NCBI GenBank assembly: GCA_002337385.1
Contig: DDFY01000038.1
Span: forward strand, 4,795-68,794
Reading direction: 5' to 3'
Origin: Erythrobacter sp. UBA1916
GTDB taxonomy: Bacteria > Pseudomonadota > Alphaproteobacteria > Sphingomonadales > Sphingomonadaceae
Length of the DNA stretch: 64,000 nt
The notes under the pieces were generated by a model. The model did not search any database. It was not told the origin of the DNA and saw only the letters and a program-made list of their open reading frames with translations. A program made the position numbers and the translations under genes. This document shows, piece after piece, positions 18,923-27,416 of this stretch (positions are counted from its first letter, which is position 1; each line of letters starts with the position of its first letter).

Positions 18923-20278
18923 ATGAGCAAAGCCGCCATTTCGCCCGCCAGTCGACCTGTCAGTGACGTTTCCACCGGCGTCGGGCTGGTTGGCCTCGTT
19001 ACGCTGATCGCGTGTATCCTGATCGCGCGGGCCTGGCCCACTATCGCGCCCATCGTTGGCATCGGGGTGGGCCGCGGCCCCCTGTCTGGCCCCAGCGCTG
19101 CGCTGCTGACGATGGTTCTGACGGGCCTTGCCATGGCGACATGGTCGATTGTGGTCGACAAGGTGCACCGGCGTCCCTCCACGGGGATCGACTGGGCCAA
19201 CCGGCGGCCGCTCGAAGAAACCATCGATATTTCGGTCACCAAGCTTGCGGGCCTGTGGGCGACCTGGGCGGTGATCGGCGTCGTCTACTATCTCGGTCGC
19301 TGGTACTGGGAAGGGCAATATGTTTTCGCCATGGAGGTGATCGGCTTCGCGATCGTGCCGATGTTCATCCTCTCGGTGCCCTATGTGCTGATGCTCGACC
19401 GCGTGATGATCAAGCCGCGTGACCATGCCTGGCACTTTGGCGCAATGCTGATCGGGCGCGAAGCCTTCGACATGGACGAGGTGAAGAAGCACTGGCGCGC
19501 ATGGGCGATCAAGGGCTTCTTCTCGGCCTTCATGATCTCGATTTTGCCGATCGGCTTTGCCCATGTGGTGGAGGTAAACATTGGCGAGGCGCTGAACGAT
19601 CCGTTCCGCTTCGGCCTGATGATGTTTGAATTCCTGTTCGTGATTGACGTGCAGATAGGCACGGTCGGCTATCTGCTGACGATGCGCCCGCTCGATGCGC
19701 ATATCCGTTCGGGCAATCCGTTTCTGGCCGGCTGGCTGGCCGCGCTGCTGTGTTATCCGCCGTTCGTCTATGGCTTCATGGGCAATGGCGGCGCGATCCA
19801 GTACGAATACAATACTGCGGGCTGGGGGCACTGGTTCGAGGGCCACACCACCTTGCTGTGGGTATGGGCCATGTGGCTGGCTTTCCTGACGGCGATCTAT
19901 GCCTGGGCGACGGTTGCCTTCGGCATCCGCTTTTCGAACCTCACCTATCGCGGTGTGCTCACGCACGGACCGTACCGCTTCAGCCGCCATCCGGCCTATC
20001 TGTCGAAGAATGCGTTCTGGTGGTTCTCGGTGCTGCCGTTCCTTGTCACGAGCAATTCGCTGGTCGACGCGGTGCGCAACACCGTGTTCCTGGGGCTGGT
20101 GAGCGGGATCTACTACTGGCGCGCACGGACCGAAGAAGCGCATCTGCTCGGCGAAGATCCCAAGTATCGCGAATACTACGCGTGGATGAGCGAACATGGC
20201 CTGATCACCGCGCCGTTGACGCGGTTTTTCAAACGGATGAACCCGCGCCGGGGAATGGTAGCGCAACCGGCCGAGTAG
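18923..20278 (+). CDS. Polytopic membrane protein with C-terminal ICMT/PEMT-like methyltransferase domain
   Basis: GPYRFSRHPAY and RARTEEAHL motifs; many TM segments. Confidence 0.78.
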   Translation: MSKAAISPASRPVSDVSTGVGLVGLVTLIACILIARAWPTIAPIVGIGVGRGPLSGPSAALLTMVLTGLAMATWSIVVDKVHRRPSTGIDWANRRPLEETIDISVTKLAGLWATWAVIGVVYYLGRWYWEGQYVFAMEVIGFAIVPMFILSVPYVLMLDRVMIKPRDHAWHFGAMLIGREAFDMDEVKKHWRAWAIKGFFSAFMISILPIGFAHVVEVNIGEALNDPFRFGLMMFEFLFVIDVQIGTVGYLLTMRPLDAHIRSGNPFLAGWLAALLCYPPFVYGFMGNGGAIQYEYNTAGWGHWFEGHTTLLWVWAMWLAFLTAIYAWATVAFGIRFSNLTYRGVLTHGPYRFSRHPAYLSKNAFWWFSVLPFLVTSNSLVDAVRNTVFLGLVSGIYYWRARTEEAHLLGEDPKYREYYAWMSEHGLITAPLTRFFKRMNPRRGMVAQPAE

Positions 20279-20293
20279 GGGGGGCATTCTCCG

Positions 20294-20397
20294 CATCCGC
20301 TCGCCCCGAGCTTGTCGAAGGGCTGGCTTTCCTTCGGGCCACGCGCCAGGTTTTCGAAGGTGGGGATGATCCTTCAATAAGCTCTGGATGCGCGGAT
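20294..20397. repeat. REP/MITE-like inverted repeat, copy 1 (degenerate right arm)
   Basis: CATCCGCTCGCCCCGAGCTTGTCGAAGG ... CCTTCAATAAGCTCTGGATGCGCGGAT; homologous to 43332-43420. Confidence 0.8.
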
Positions 20398-20405
20398 CGC
20401 AGGGC

Positions 20406-21317
20406 TTAGGCGTTGCCAACCACGAAGCAGGCCAGCGCCAGCAGCAGCCCGGCAAACCGGTTCGACCGGAAACGCGCTAGCGGGTTAGCCCCGTCGCTCG
20501 GATCGAGGCTGAGCGCCTGCCAGCCCAGATGCGCTGCCACCGGCACCAAGGCGAGCAAGCTCAGCCAATCGGGCCGCAACAGCCAGAAGGCCAGCGCCCA
20601 CAGCGCAATGGCTCCGGTGTAGAACCCTATCACGCCAGCCTTCACCTTGCTGCCCAGCGTCAGCGCCGAACTGCGAATGCCCACAAGCGCGTCGTCCTCG
20701 CGGTCCTGCAAGGCATAGATGGTGTCGTAGCCGATGCACCACAGCATCGCACCGGCATAGAGCGCGGCCATCACTTCCAGCCCGTCGCTGCGGAGCGCTA
20801 CCCAGCCGGTTGGAGCGCCCCATGTGAACACCAGCCCAAGCCACGCCTGCGGCCAGCCCATGATCCGCTTCATGAACGGGTATGCCGCCACCAGCGCAAG
20901 GCTGCTCAGTGCGACGAGCTGCGCCTGCCAGCGTAGTTGTAACAGCACCACAAGGCCGACCGCAGCCAGCGAAAGCAGCCAGATCCAGGCCGCGCGCTTG
21001 CTTACCCGGCCGCTTGCGATCGGGCGGCTGGCGGTGCGGGCGACCTGCCGGTCGAGATCGGCATCGACGATATCGTTATAGACGCATCCGGCACCGCGCA
21101 TCGCGATCGCGCCGAGCAGCGTCCACAGCAGGAGCGGCCATTGCAGGCGCCACGGCGCGCCAGTGAGCAGCAGCCCCCAGGCGCAGGGCCAATAGAGCAG
21201 CCAGAAACCAATCGGCCGGTCGAACCGCGCCAGCAGGGCGTAGTCGCGCGCCGCAGCGGGCAGCAGCGCGACAAGGCCGCGATGCTCGCTATCGGGGGTG
21301 ATGGTGTCAGCAGCCAT
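20406..21317 (-). CDS. ubiA: 4-hydroxybenzoate polyprenyltransferase
   Basis: RFDRPIG, GCVYNDIVDADLD..V.RT..RP, YPFMKR, YDTIYALQDREDD. Confidence 0.96.
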   Translation of the reverse strand: MAADTITPDSEHRGLVALLPAAARDYALLARFDRPIGFWLLYWPCAWGLLLTGAPWRLQWPLLLWTLLGAIAMRGAGCVYNDIVDADLDRQVARTASRPIASGRVSKRAAWIWLLSLAAVGLVVLLQLRWQAQLVALSSLALVAAYPFMKRIMGWPQAWLGLVFTWGAPTGWVALRSDGLEVMAALYAGAMLWCIGYDTIYALQDREDDALVGIRSSALTLGSKVKAGVIGFYTGAIALWALAFWLLRPDWLSLLALVPVAAHLGWQALSLDPSDGANPLARFRSNRFAGLLLALACFVVGNA

Positions 21318-21353
21318 GGCGCTGGCGCTACACCCTTCCTATAGGATGAGACA

Positions 21354-22115
21354 ATGGCCGATCAGCATTCCCCCATGACCCCCGCCTGGCCGCCCCGAAG
21401 CGCCCCCCGCCTGTTTGTCGAGCAGGAGCTGGGGGAGGGCGCGCAGGTCAGGATCGAGGGGCCGCAAGCGCACTATCTCGGGCGCGTGATGCGCGTGAGC
21501 GTGGGCGACGCAGTGATCCTGTGCGACGACATGACGGGCGAGTGGGCCATGCGGGTGGAAAGCGCTGGCAAGCGCGAGGTGACGCTCGTGGCTGAGCAGA
21601 TGCTGCACCCGCGCGAACAGGTGCCCGATTTCTGGCTCTGCCCTGCGTTGCTCAAGAAGGATCGGTTCGACGTGGTGCTGGAAAAGGCGAGCGAACTGGG
21701 CGCCGCGCGCGTCCAGCCCGTGGTCATGCGCCGCTGCGTCGCAGATAAGCTTAACCCCGACCGCGCGCGCACGATCCTCGTCGAGGCGGCGGAGCAATGC
21801 GCGCGCACTGCGCTGCCTCAGCTTGCCACACCGGTGAAGCTCGATGCCCTGTTGCGCGATTGGCCTGCCGAACGAACGCTGTTCTTCGCCGACGAAACAG
21901 GCGGGCCGCCTGTTGCTGAAGTCTTCGCGAAGCACAAAGGCCCGGCGGCGCTGCTAATCGGCCCTGAAGGCGGGTTTGACGAGGCAGAACGCGAAGCAGT
22001 CCTTGCCATGCCGCAAACACGCCCCATCTCGCTCGGACCGCGTATTCTGCGCGGCGAGACCGCCGCGATAGCGGCCAGTGCCCTGTATATGGGGCTTGCA
22101 GGGGACTGGGCATGA
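21354..22115 (+). CDS. rsmE: 16S rRNA m3U1498 methyltransferase
   Basis: EKASELG, EAAEQC.R, LIGPEGGF, LGPRILRGETA. Confidence 0.96.
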   Translation: MADQHSPMTPAWPPRSAPRLFVEQELGEGAQVRIEGPQAHYLGRVMRVSVGDAVILCDDMTGEWAMRVESAGKREVTLVAEQMLHPREQVPDFWLCPALLKKDRFDVVLEKASELGAARVQPVVMRRCVADKLNPDRARTILVEAAEQCARTALPQLATPVKLDALLRDWPAERTLFFADETGGPPVAEVFAKHKGPAALLIGPEGGFDEAEREAVLAMPQTRPISLGPRILRGETAAIAASALYMGLAGDWA

Positions 22116-22172
22116 CGGGTCGGATCGAATTGGGCGCTGGCACAGCGCGACTTTTGCGCTAGGGGCGGGGCC

Positions 22173-23561
22173 ATGAGCACGCGTAAGGCTTCAGGAGGGG
22201 AAGAGCCGCGGATTGAAAACCGCGCTCAGTTGATCGCGCCGATGCAGGCAGGCGAAAAGCCCGCCTCGCGATGGCGAATCGGGACCGAGCATGAAAAGCT
22301 CGTCTATCGCCGCAGCGACAAGGCCGCGCCGAGTTACCACGAACCGGGCGGTATCCGCGATATCCTGCTGGCAATGCAGGAATTCGGCTGGGAGCCCGTG
22401 ATCGAAGAAGGGCCGGACGGCACCCCCGATGTGATTGCGATGTCGGGCGCGGACGGCACCATCAGCCTCGAACCGGCGGGCCAGCTCGAACTGTCGGGCG
22501 CGCCGCTTGAAAGCCTGCACCAGACCTGCGCTGAAACCGGCCGCCATCTCGACCAGTGCCGCGCCGTGGGCGAGAAATTCGGGGTCGGCTTCCTCGGCCT
22601 TGGCATGTGGCCCGACAAGACGCGGGCCGAGCTGCCGGTCATGCCCAAGCAGCGCTATGAGATCATGATGCGGCACATGCCGCGCGTGGGCACTCTCGGG
22701 CTCGACATGATGCTGCGCACCTGCACCATTCAGGTGAACCTCGACTATTCGAGCGAAGCCGACATGGCGCAGAAGTTCCGCACGGGCCTCGCCCTGCAGC
22801 CGGTCGCGACCGCGCTGTTCGCCAATTCGCCCTTCACCGAGGGCAAGCCCAACGGCTTCCTCTCCTACCGCAGCCACATCTGGACCGACACCGATCCGCA
22901 GCGCACCGGCATGCTGCCCTTCGTGTTCGACGAGGGCTTCGGCTACGAACGCTATGTCGACTATATGCTCGACGTGCCGATGTATTTCGTGTTCCGCGAG
23001 GGCCGCTATATCGATGCGGCTGGTCAGTCGTTCCGCGATTTCCTCAAGGGCGAGCTGCCTGCGCTGCCGGGCGAACTGCCGACCGAGGCCGACTGGGAAG
23101 ATCACCTCAGCACGGCTTTCCCCGAAGTGCGCCTGAAGAGCTTCCTTGAAATGCGCGGGGCCGATGGCGGCCCGTGGAACCGCATCTGCGCGCTGCCTGC
23201 GCTGTGGGTTGGCCTGCTCTATGACCAGACGGCGCTCGATGCGGCGTGGGATCTGGTCAAGCACTGGACTATGGAACAGCGTGAAGCGCTACGCGATGCC
23301 GTGCCTGCGCAGGGCCTGTCGGCCGCGGTGCCGGGTGGAGGCACCTTGCGTGATCTTGCCGGTGAGGTGCTCGAAATCGCTCATGCCGGGTTGGTGGCGC
23401 GTGGGCGCAGCAATTCGATGGGCGACAACGAAAGCGGCTTCCTCGATCCGCTACGCGAGATTGTCGAACGCGGCAAGGTGCCGGCCGAAGTGCTGCTCGA
23501 GAAGTTTGCCGGTGAATGGGGCGGCGACATCAACCGGCTCTACGAGGCCAAGAGCTTCTAG
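22173..23561 (+). CDS. gshA: Glutamate-cysteine ligase (alphaproteobacterial/plant type)
   Basis: IGTEHEK, SLEPAGQLELSGAP, RTCTIQVNLD, FPEVRLKSFLEMRGAD. Confidence 0.95.
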   Translation: MSTRKASGGEEPRIENRAQLIAPMQAGEKPASRWRIGTEHEKLVYRRSDKAAPSYHEPGGIRDILLAMQEFGWEPVIEEGPDGTPDVIAMSGADGTISLEPAGQLELSGAPLESLHQTCAETGRHLDQCRAVGEKFGVGFLGLGMWPDKTRAELPVMPKQRYEIMMRHMPRVGTLGLDMMLRTCTIQVNLDYSSEADMAQKFRTGLALQPVATALFANSPFTEGKPNGFLSYRSHIWTDTDPQRTGMLPFVFDEGFGYERYVDYMLDVPMYFVFREGRYIDAAGQSFRDFLKGELPALPGELPTEADWEDHLSTAFPEVRLKSFLEMRGADGGPWNRICALPALWVGLLYDQTALDAAWDLVKHWTMEQREALRDAVPAQGLSAAVPGGGTLRDLAGEVLEIAHAGLVARGRSNSMGDNESGFLDPLREIVERGKVPAEVLLEKFAGEWGGDINRLYEAKSF

Positions 23562-23860
23562 TGCTGGCCCTGATCGGCCATTTCCGCTTTCCAGCCGAAC
23601 ACAAGGCGCAAGCCCTGCCGCTGATGCATGAGGTGATCGTCGCGACGCGCCAGGAGGCCGGGTGTCGCGGCTACAGCTACGCCGAGGACGTGACCGAGCC
23701 CGGCCTGTTCCACGTCACCGAACTGTGGGACGACCGCGCGGCGCTCGATGCCCATTTCGCCAGTGAGCATATGCGCCGCTGGTCCAAGGTGCGTGACGCG
23801 CTGGGATTCTGCGACCGGCACATCACGCTCTACGAGCTGGGCGCTAGCGAACAGGTGTGA
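23561..23860 (+). CDS. Putative quinol monooxygenase (ABM family)
   Basis: TRQEAGCRGY, ELWDDRAALDAHFASEH; GTG overlaps the gshA stop. Confidence 0.82.
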   Translation: MLALIGHFRFPAEHKAQALPLMHEVIVATRQEAGCRGYSYAEDVTEPGLFHVTELWDDRAALDAHFASEHMRRWSKVRDALGFCDRHITLYELGASEQV

Positions 23861-23884
23861 CGCCGCCCGGGCGATGAACGCGCT

Positions 23885-24256
23885 TCAGCCGTAGCTAACC
23901 ACCTCGAATTCGATCCCGTCCCAGTCGAAGAAATAGAACCTCTTGCCCGGTTCATAGTCGTCGTGCCCAAAAGGCTTCAGGCCCTGATCTCGCACAACCG
24001 CTTCCGCCGCGTCGAGGTCGTCGACCAGCAGGCCGACATGGTTCATCGGCTTGCCCTTTATCTGCCCCTCATGCGTGGCACCATCATAGTAGAGCGCGAG
24101 ATAGCTTGTGGCGTTGCCGACATGCATCGTTTCGCCGCCATGCGAGGCGGGCCCGCGCCAGCGCTCCTCCCAACCTAGAAGGTCCTTGAACAATTGGGCC
24201 GAACGGGGGATATTGCTTACCGTAAGGTTGACATGTTCGATTCTTCCTTCGGGCAT
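23885..24256 (-). CDS. VOC/glyoxalase family protein
   Basis: IEHVNLTV, NHVGLLVDDL, FYFFDWDGIEFEV. Confidence 0.88.
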   Translation of the reverse strand: MPEGRIEHVNLTVSNIPRSAQLFKDLLGWEERWRGPASHGGETMHVGNATSYLALYYDGATHEGQIKGKPMNHVGLLVDDLDAAEAVVRDQGLKPFGHDDYEPGKRFYFFDWDGIEFEVVSYG

Positions 24257-24344
24257 ATTAACGCTCCTTCGCGGCACTTTTCTCGATATTGTGCCATTTT
24301 CTAACGCTTTTTTGGATGGCGAATCGCCGCCTTGTCATTGATAC

Positions 24345-24366
24345 GACCTCAAGTTAACTTGAGGTC
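24345..24366 (-). promoter_or_regulatory. SoxR binding site in the promoter of the VOC gene
   Basis: Perfect 22-bp palindrome GACCTCAAGTTAACTTGAGGTC; minus strand reads TTGACC-N19-TATCAA, the MerR-type long spacer. Confidence 0.93.
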
Positions 24367-24381
24367 AAGCGCGATTCGAAC

Positions 24382-24888
24382 ATGAGGTTTGCAAATATGG
24401 CATCAGTCGCAAAACCGATGGACGCCCCTGGTCCGCTCGATCGAACCATTCCCAAGAACGGTACGATCGGGATCGGTCAGCTTGCTGCGCGCACTGGGGT
24501 TGCCGTTTCGGCCCTGCGTTTTTACGAGGAAAAGGGCCTGATCCGGTCGATCCGCACCAGCGGCAACCAGCGCCGCTTCCTGCGCTCGGATATCCGCCGC
24601 GTCAGCTTCGTGCTGATCGCGCAGAAACTGGGGCTTTCACTCACCGAAATCGAAGAACAGCTCGCCAGCTTGCCAGAGGGGCGCACCCCCTCGGTGCTCG
24701 ACTGGCGGCAGCTGTCGCAGCGGATGCGCGCGGCGATCGACGAGAAAATCACGCTGCTTACGCGAACCCGCGCCAAGCTTGATGACTGCATTGGTTGCGG
24801 CTGCCTCAGTCTCGACAAGTGCCAGCTCTACAACAAGGACGATCGCATGGGCACGACGGGCACTGGCCCGCGCATGGTGCTCAGCTAG
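24382..24888 (+). CDS. soxR: Redox-sensitive transcriptional activator SoxR
   Basis: MerR HTH, RTSGNQRRF, [2Fe-2S] motif CIGCGCLSLDKC; start may be a downstream ATG. Confidence 0.96.
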   Translation: MRFANMASVAKPMDAPGPLDRTIPKNGTIGIGQLAARTGVAVSALRFYEEKGLIRSIRTSGNQRRFLRSDIRRVSFVLIAQKLGLSLTEIEEQLASLPEGRTPSVLDWRQLSQRMRAAIDEKITLLTRTRAKLDDCIGCGCLSLDKCQLYNKDDRMGTTGTGPRMVLS

Positions 24889-24898
24889 GGCCTCTCGC

Positions 24899-25687
24899 TT
24901 GAGCAAGCTCGACAAGAAGGTTTACAAGCACGCGCTCAAGGAAATGAGCCGTGAGCTGGTCGACCTCGCCCGCTGGGTGGCCGAAAGCGGCACGCGTATC
25001 GTGGTCCTGTTCGAAGGGCGCGACAGCGCGGGCAAGGGCGGGGTGATCGCTGCAATCCGCGAGCACCTCAACCCGCGCCAGGTGCGCACCGTGGCCCTTG
25101 GCAAGCCGACCGAGCGCGAAGCCGGCGAGTGGTACTTCCAGCGCTATGTCGAGCACCTGCCCAGCAAAGGCGAAATCGTGCTGTTCGACCGCTCGTGGTA
25201 CAACCGCGCCGGGGTCGAACAGGTGATGGGCTTTGCCGATGAGGCTGAGGTCGATGCTTTCCTCCAGGCCACGCCCACCTTCGAAAAGCTGCTCACCGAT
25301 GATGGCATCATCCTCATCAAGTATTGGCTGACGACCGATCAGGCCAAGCAGGAGGAGCGCTTTGACGAACGGCGTGACGATCCGCTCAAGGGATGGAAGC
25401 TCTCGCCCATCGATGTGGCCAGTCGGGAGCTATATGACGCCTATACCGAGGCGCGCGAAGCCATGTTGCGGGCAACGCACCGGCCCAATGCGCCTTGGAC
25501 GCTGGTCGATTTCAATGACCAGAAGCAGGGGCGGCTGACCCTGATCCGTAACCTTCTCAACCGCATCCCCGAATCCAAGGTGCCGCGACCGGTGATCGAC
25601 CTGCCGCCGCTGGAAGGTGAGCCGAGTGCGGAGAGCTATGCTGTTATCGATCCGCTGCCCGACTGGACACCACCGGCTGACGACTAA
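24899..25687 (+). CDS. ppk2: Polyphosphate kinase 2
   Basis: FEGRDSAGKGG, WYFQRY, FDRSWYNRAGVE, WKLSP.D; TTG start inferred. Confidence 0.93.
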   Translation: MSKLDKKVYKHALKEMSRELVDLARWVAESGTRIVVLFEGRDSAGKGGVIAAIREHLNPRQVRTVALGKPTEREAGEWYFQRYVEHLPSKGEIVLFDRSWYNRAGVEQVMGFADEAEVDAFLQATPTFEKLLTDDGIILIKYWLTTDQAKQEERFDERRDDPLKGWKLSPIDVASRELYDAYTEAREAMLRATHRPNAPWTLVDFNDQKQGRLTLIRNLLNRIPESKVPRPVIDLPPLEGEPSAESYAVIDPLPDWTPPADD

Positions 25688-25769
25688 TTCTGCTGGCATC
25701 GCTTATTGCGTGGTGGATGTGCGGGCAAATTGCTGGCCAAACCGCGCAAAGCGGCGTTAGGGCGGGGCG

Positions 25770-26441
25770 ATGATTCCGCTCGAACACCTCGATACCGCGC
25801 AAGTGCCCGGTGGCGCAGAACTGCGTCTGATGCGCCGCGGCGCCGATTTCATGATCCAGCTCGACCGCAATGAGCTGATGAACAGCCGTATGTCAGGCTC
25901 GGAAGAGGCGCTGGCGACGGTCACCGCCGAGCGGCTTCAGGGCCGCCCTAACCAGCAGTGGCTGATTGGCGGCTATGGCATGGGTTTCACCCTGCGCGCC
26001 GCGCTGAAGGTGCTGGGGGCCGATGCACGGGTGGCCGTGGCCGAGCTGGTCCCCGAGATTATTGCCTGGGCCAAAGGTCCGATGGCAGAGCTTACTGCAG
26101 GTGGTCTCGATGATCCGCGCGTGCTGTTGCACATGGCTGACGTGGCTGATGCGATCGCCGGTATTCGTCAGAACAGCTGCGATGCGATCCTCCTCGATGT
26201 CGATAACGGGCCGGACGGGCTGGTGCGCGAGGCGAACGAGCGGCTCTATTCGCGTGAGGGTCTGCAGATTGCCAAGCGCGCGCTGAAGCCGGGCGGCGTG
26301 CTGGCGATCTGGTCTGCTGCGCCAGATCCGGCATTCACTGCGCGCCTGCGCCGGGCCCGTTTCGAGGTGGATGAACAGATCGTGCGGGCGCGCAGCAACG
26401 GCAAGGGGCCACGCCACGTGATCTGGTTCGCGCAGAAATAG
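25770..26441 (+). CDS. Spermidine synthase-like SAM-binding protein, function uncertain
   Basis: LIGGYGMGFT, ILLDVDNGP, LKPGGVLAIWS. Confidence 0.75.
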   Translation: MIPLEHLDTAQVPGGAELRLMRRGADFMIQLDRNELMNSRMSGSEEALATVTAERLQGRPNQQWLIGGYGMGFTLRAALKVLGADARVAVAELVPEIIAWAKGPMAELTAGGLDDPRVLLHMADVADAIAGIRQNSCDAILLDVDNGPDGLVREANERLYSREGLQIAKRALKPGGVLAIWSAAPDPAFTARLRRARFEVDEQIVRARSNGKGPRHVIWFAQK

Positions 26442-26458
26442 AGCCGCGCCGAGCGGCG

Positions 26459-26902
26459 TTAGCGCTTGGCGGGCCGCCGTCCAGTCATCCGCAGGCCGTC
26501 GCGCATGTTGAGCGACAGCAAGGTGATGTTGAGCGCGCCAGCGGCTAGCTCCAGCGCCTGAACGGCGACGAACAGGCCATCGAAGCGCCCTTGCGCGGCG
26601 CTTGCCGCCAGCCACAAGGCGCTCGGAACCAGCACCAGCAGGCCGTTCGCGGCGATCATCTTCATCCGCCGCTGCTTGGTGGAGAGGAGCCCGCTGCGCC
26701 TGCCGCGTGCGAGCCATGAGCCCGAGCCGCCGGTGACGATCAAGGCGGGGATCAGAACCAGGAAACCCCAAGGAATGGCGCCCTTTACGGCGGCGACCTG
26801 TGCCGTGGTGCCAAGCAGTTCGACACTTACCGTCGCGGTCCAGAACAGGCCGATGGTGGCGAGGGCGAGCACCCCGGCGAGGGGATGTACGAGACGAACC
26901 AT
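26459..26902 (-). CDS. Hypothetical 4-TM membrane protein
   Basis: Four hydrophobic segments; divergent from MarR. Confidence 0.75.
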   Translation of the reverse strand: MVRLVHPLAGVLALATIGLFWTATVSVELLGTTAQVAAVKGAIPWGFLVLIPALIVTGGSGSWLARGRRSGLLSTKQRRMKMIAANGLLVLVPSALWLAASAAQGRFDGLFVAVQALELAAGALNITLLSLNMRDGLRMTGRRPAKR

Positions 26903-26920
26903 GCGCTTTTCTCCGAATCA

Positions 26921-26955
26921 ATATAGCAAGCTATATAGTTGCATAGTCAGCTATG
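26921..26955. promoter_or_regulatory. Probable tandem MarR operators
   Basis: ATATAGCAAGCTATAT (26921-26936) and CATAGTCAGCTATG (26942-26955), both ATAG-N4-CTAT, in an AT-rich divergent gap. Confidence 0.65.
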
Positions 26956-26976
26956 TAAATATATAGTGTGCGCGAC

Positions 26977-27414
26977 ATGACCTTTTCGAAAGACACCTCC
27001 GCAGGATATCTGGTGAACCACATGGCGCGGCTGTTTGCGCGTGCCTTGTCGCAGCGGATCAATCCCGCCGGGCTCACCACTGGTGCCTTTCCGGCTTTGC
27101 TCGAACTGTGGGAAGGCGATGGCCTGACGCAGAAGGAACTACGGGAGCGGCTCGATATTGAGCAGGCGACCGTGGCGAACACGCTTGCCCGGATGGAGCG
27201 CGATGGCCTGATCCGGCGCGAGCAGGACGAGCACGACGGACGCGTTCAGCGCATCAGGCTTACCGCGCTGGCGCAGGCCAAGAAGGAGGAGGCCATCGCT
27301 GCCGCGGCCGAGGTCAATGCGGTGGCCCTGAACGGGCTCTCACCTGAAGAGGAGGCCGCCTTCCTTGCCATCATGCACAAGGTTATCGGCCAGTTGCGCG
27401 ACAAAGGCGGCTGA
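26977..27414 (+). CDS. MarR family regulator
   Basis: wHTH GLTQKEL..RLDIEQATV...L.RMERDGLI.R...DGR. Confidence 0.92.
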   Translation: MTFSKDTSAGYLVNHMARLFARALSQRINPAGLTTGAFPALLELWEGDGLTQKELRERLDIEQATVANTLARMERDGLIRREQDEHDGRVQRIRLTALAQAKKEEAIAAAAEVNAVALNGLSPEEEAAFLAIMHKVIGQLRDKGG

Positions 27415-27416
27415 GC

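Noticed and set aside
22138-22158. TGGCAC...TTGC upstream of gshA as a sigma54 promoter
   Set aside because: The spacing is longer than the strict TGGCAC-N5-TTGC
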